The translations under genes and the position numbers were made by a program. DNA of 64,000 bases. Origin: Turneriella sp. Its GTDB lineage: Bacteria; Spirochaetota; Leptospiria; Turneriellales; Turneriellaceae. Shown piece by piece: positions 62,886 to 64,000 of this stretch. How positions within the stretch are numbered: position 1 is the stretch's first letter; each line of letters opens with the position of its first letter. The notes beneath the pieces are model-generated. The model searched no databases, had not been told where the DNA came from, and saw nothing but the letters and a program-made list of their open reading frames with translations. The stretch lies in the NCBI GenBank assembly GCA_965279515.1, contig CBDIID010000003.1:4160001-4224000 (forward strand), read 5' to 3'.

Positions 62886-63302
62886 TTATCTGTTGCAATC
62901 CCTCATTTTCTCTTTTCCCGCGGCAATGAAAACATAGTCTCCGCTTACCATGCCCCTGACTACCGTGAACTCCAGCTTCCCGTCTTTCAGTTTCGTGCTC
63001 AGAGTGTTCACATATGGATCTTCCGGATCATTCCATTCGATAAATACCATGCTTCCGTTAATCCAATACTTTCCTTGTAAGGTTTCCCAGGCTCCGCTGC
63101 TTTGCTCAATGGAATGAAACCAAAGTTCCATTTTATTATTTTTCAGAAAACGGACTCCCCGTAGGCACGAATCCGCGGCAAGCCAGTTCGTTTCTTGCAG
63201 CACGACTTCCAGGCTCTGCTTTTGAGGGCCCTTAGGCGCGGCGCTTCCCGAGTGGAATTGCCAGGCAATAAGGAATGCCGATGCGAGTTTTATCGGCCTC
63301 AC
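62886..63302 (-). CDS. Hypothetical exported protein
   Basis: Signal-like N-terminus, beta-rich body; GTGA overlap with nth. Confidence 0.65.
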   Translation of the reverse strand: MRPIKLASAFLIAWQFHSGSAAPKGPQKQSLEVVLQETNWLAADSCLRGVRFLKNNKMELWFHSIEQSSGAWETLQGKYWINGSMVFIEWNDPEDPYVNTLSTKLKDGKLEFTVVRGMVSGDYVFIAAGKEKMRDCNR

Positions 63303-63976
63303 AGGGCGCCGGAAGGGCCGATTGCAAACTTACAATGCGGTCGCATGACGCAGTCGTCGCATTTCGGGTTTGTCGGGCGGCAGGTCTCGCGTCCCAGAAA
63401 CGAGATACACATACCGGCATGGTGCCAGAGCGGCTTTGAAATGGCCTGCATCAGGTCCTTCTCCATACGTGTGCCATCCTTCGCCTGAGAGATGCCGAGT
63501 CGGGGAATCACGCGCAATACGTGTAAATCCACAATAATGCCTTCGGCAGGTTCTTTCATTTCGCGGCGGATGACATTGGCTGACTTACGTCCGATGCCAT
63601 CCAATGCGGTCAGATCTTCCATTTTCAACGGGATTTTGCCGTCTGCCAGCTTCGTCGCGGTTTTATGAAGCCAGACGCACTTATTGGCAAAATTAACTAC
63701 CCCGCTTAGGTAGGGGTGCAAGGCCTCCGGGCTGGCTTTGGCAATGGCGGCAAAGTCGGGGAAGGCTGTAAAAAAAGGCGGGGCGACCTTGTTGATGTGT
63801 TTATCAGAATCCCGAGCCGATAACACGACCATAACGATTAATTGATAGAGATTTTTATAGAGGAGCGGATGCGGGGTATTCTGGTACTTCGCGATCAGGG
63901 GACCAAATTTTTCATCCCATGAGCCCGGAGGTTCATCCCCGAACAGGTTGTCCTGGCTTTTTTGCTGGCGCGGCAT
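63299..63976 (-). CDS. nth: Endonuclease III
   Basis: VVLSARDSD, HhH motif LDGIGRKSANV, VDLHV, [4Fe-4S] motif CRPTNPKCDDCVMRPHC. Confidence 0.94.
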   Translation of the reverse strand: MPRQQKSQDNLFGDEPPGSWDEKFGPLIAKYQNTPHPLLYKNLYQLIVMVVLSARDSDKHINKVAPPFFTAFPDFAAIAKASPEALHPYLSGVVNFANKCVWLHKTATKLADGKIPLKMEDLTALDGIGRKSANVIRREMKEPAEGIIVDLHVLRVIPRLGISQAKDGTRMEKDLMQAISKPLWHHAGMCISFLGRETCRPTNPKCDDCVMRPHCKFAIGPSGAL

Positions 63977-64000
63977 TTTGCATCGAATGAAAAGCGGGTT

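Overview
A gene-dense chromosomal window, most likely from a free-living Leptospiraceae spirochaete (Turneriella-like). This assignment is inferred from 16S signatures and gene repertoire; no database search was run. Housekeeping genes include the 3' part of rpsA, cysK, proA, nadD, an lgt-like gene, hom, prmA, hemB, tig, fabG, acpP, a trmH-like gene and nth. Also present are a tandem kup pair, two leucine-catabolism genes, two membrane adenylate cyclases (one paired with a FecR protein, one with a V4R/MetOD-like protein), a PP2C phosphatase beside an apparent pseudo-phosphatase, and a complete linked rRNA operon (16S, tRNA-Ile, tRNA-Ala, 23S, 5S). The most striking observations are: (1) a trimeric NAD-linked [FeFe]-hydrogenase operon with an intact H-cluster, whose HydB has lost all accessory Fe-S sites, plus a coupled fourth ORF; (2) a tRNA-Ile look-alike with structured insertions directly upstream of the real tRNA-Ile; (3) a 171-nt closed structured element replacing 23S helix 79; (4) a compact multibranch RNA-like element between 23S and 5S; (5) a probable CTG-initiated gene downstream of lgt. 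No CRISPR array, transposase or prophage gene was recognised.
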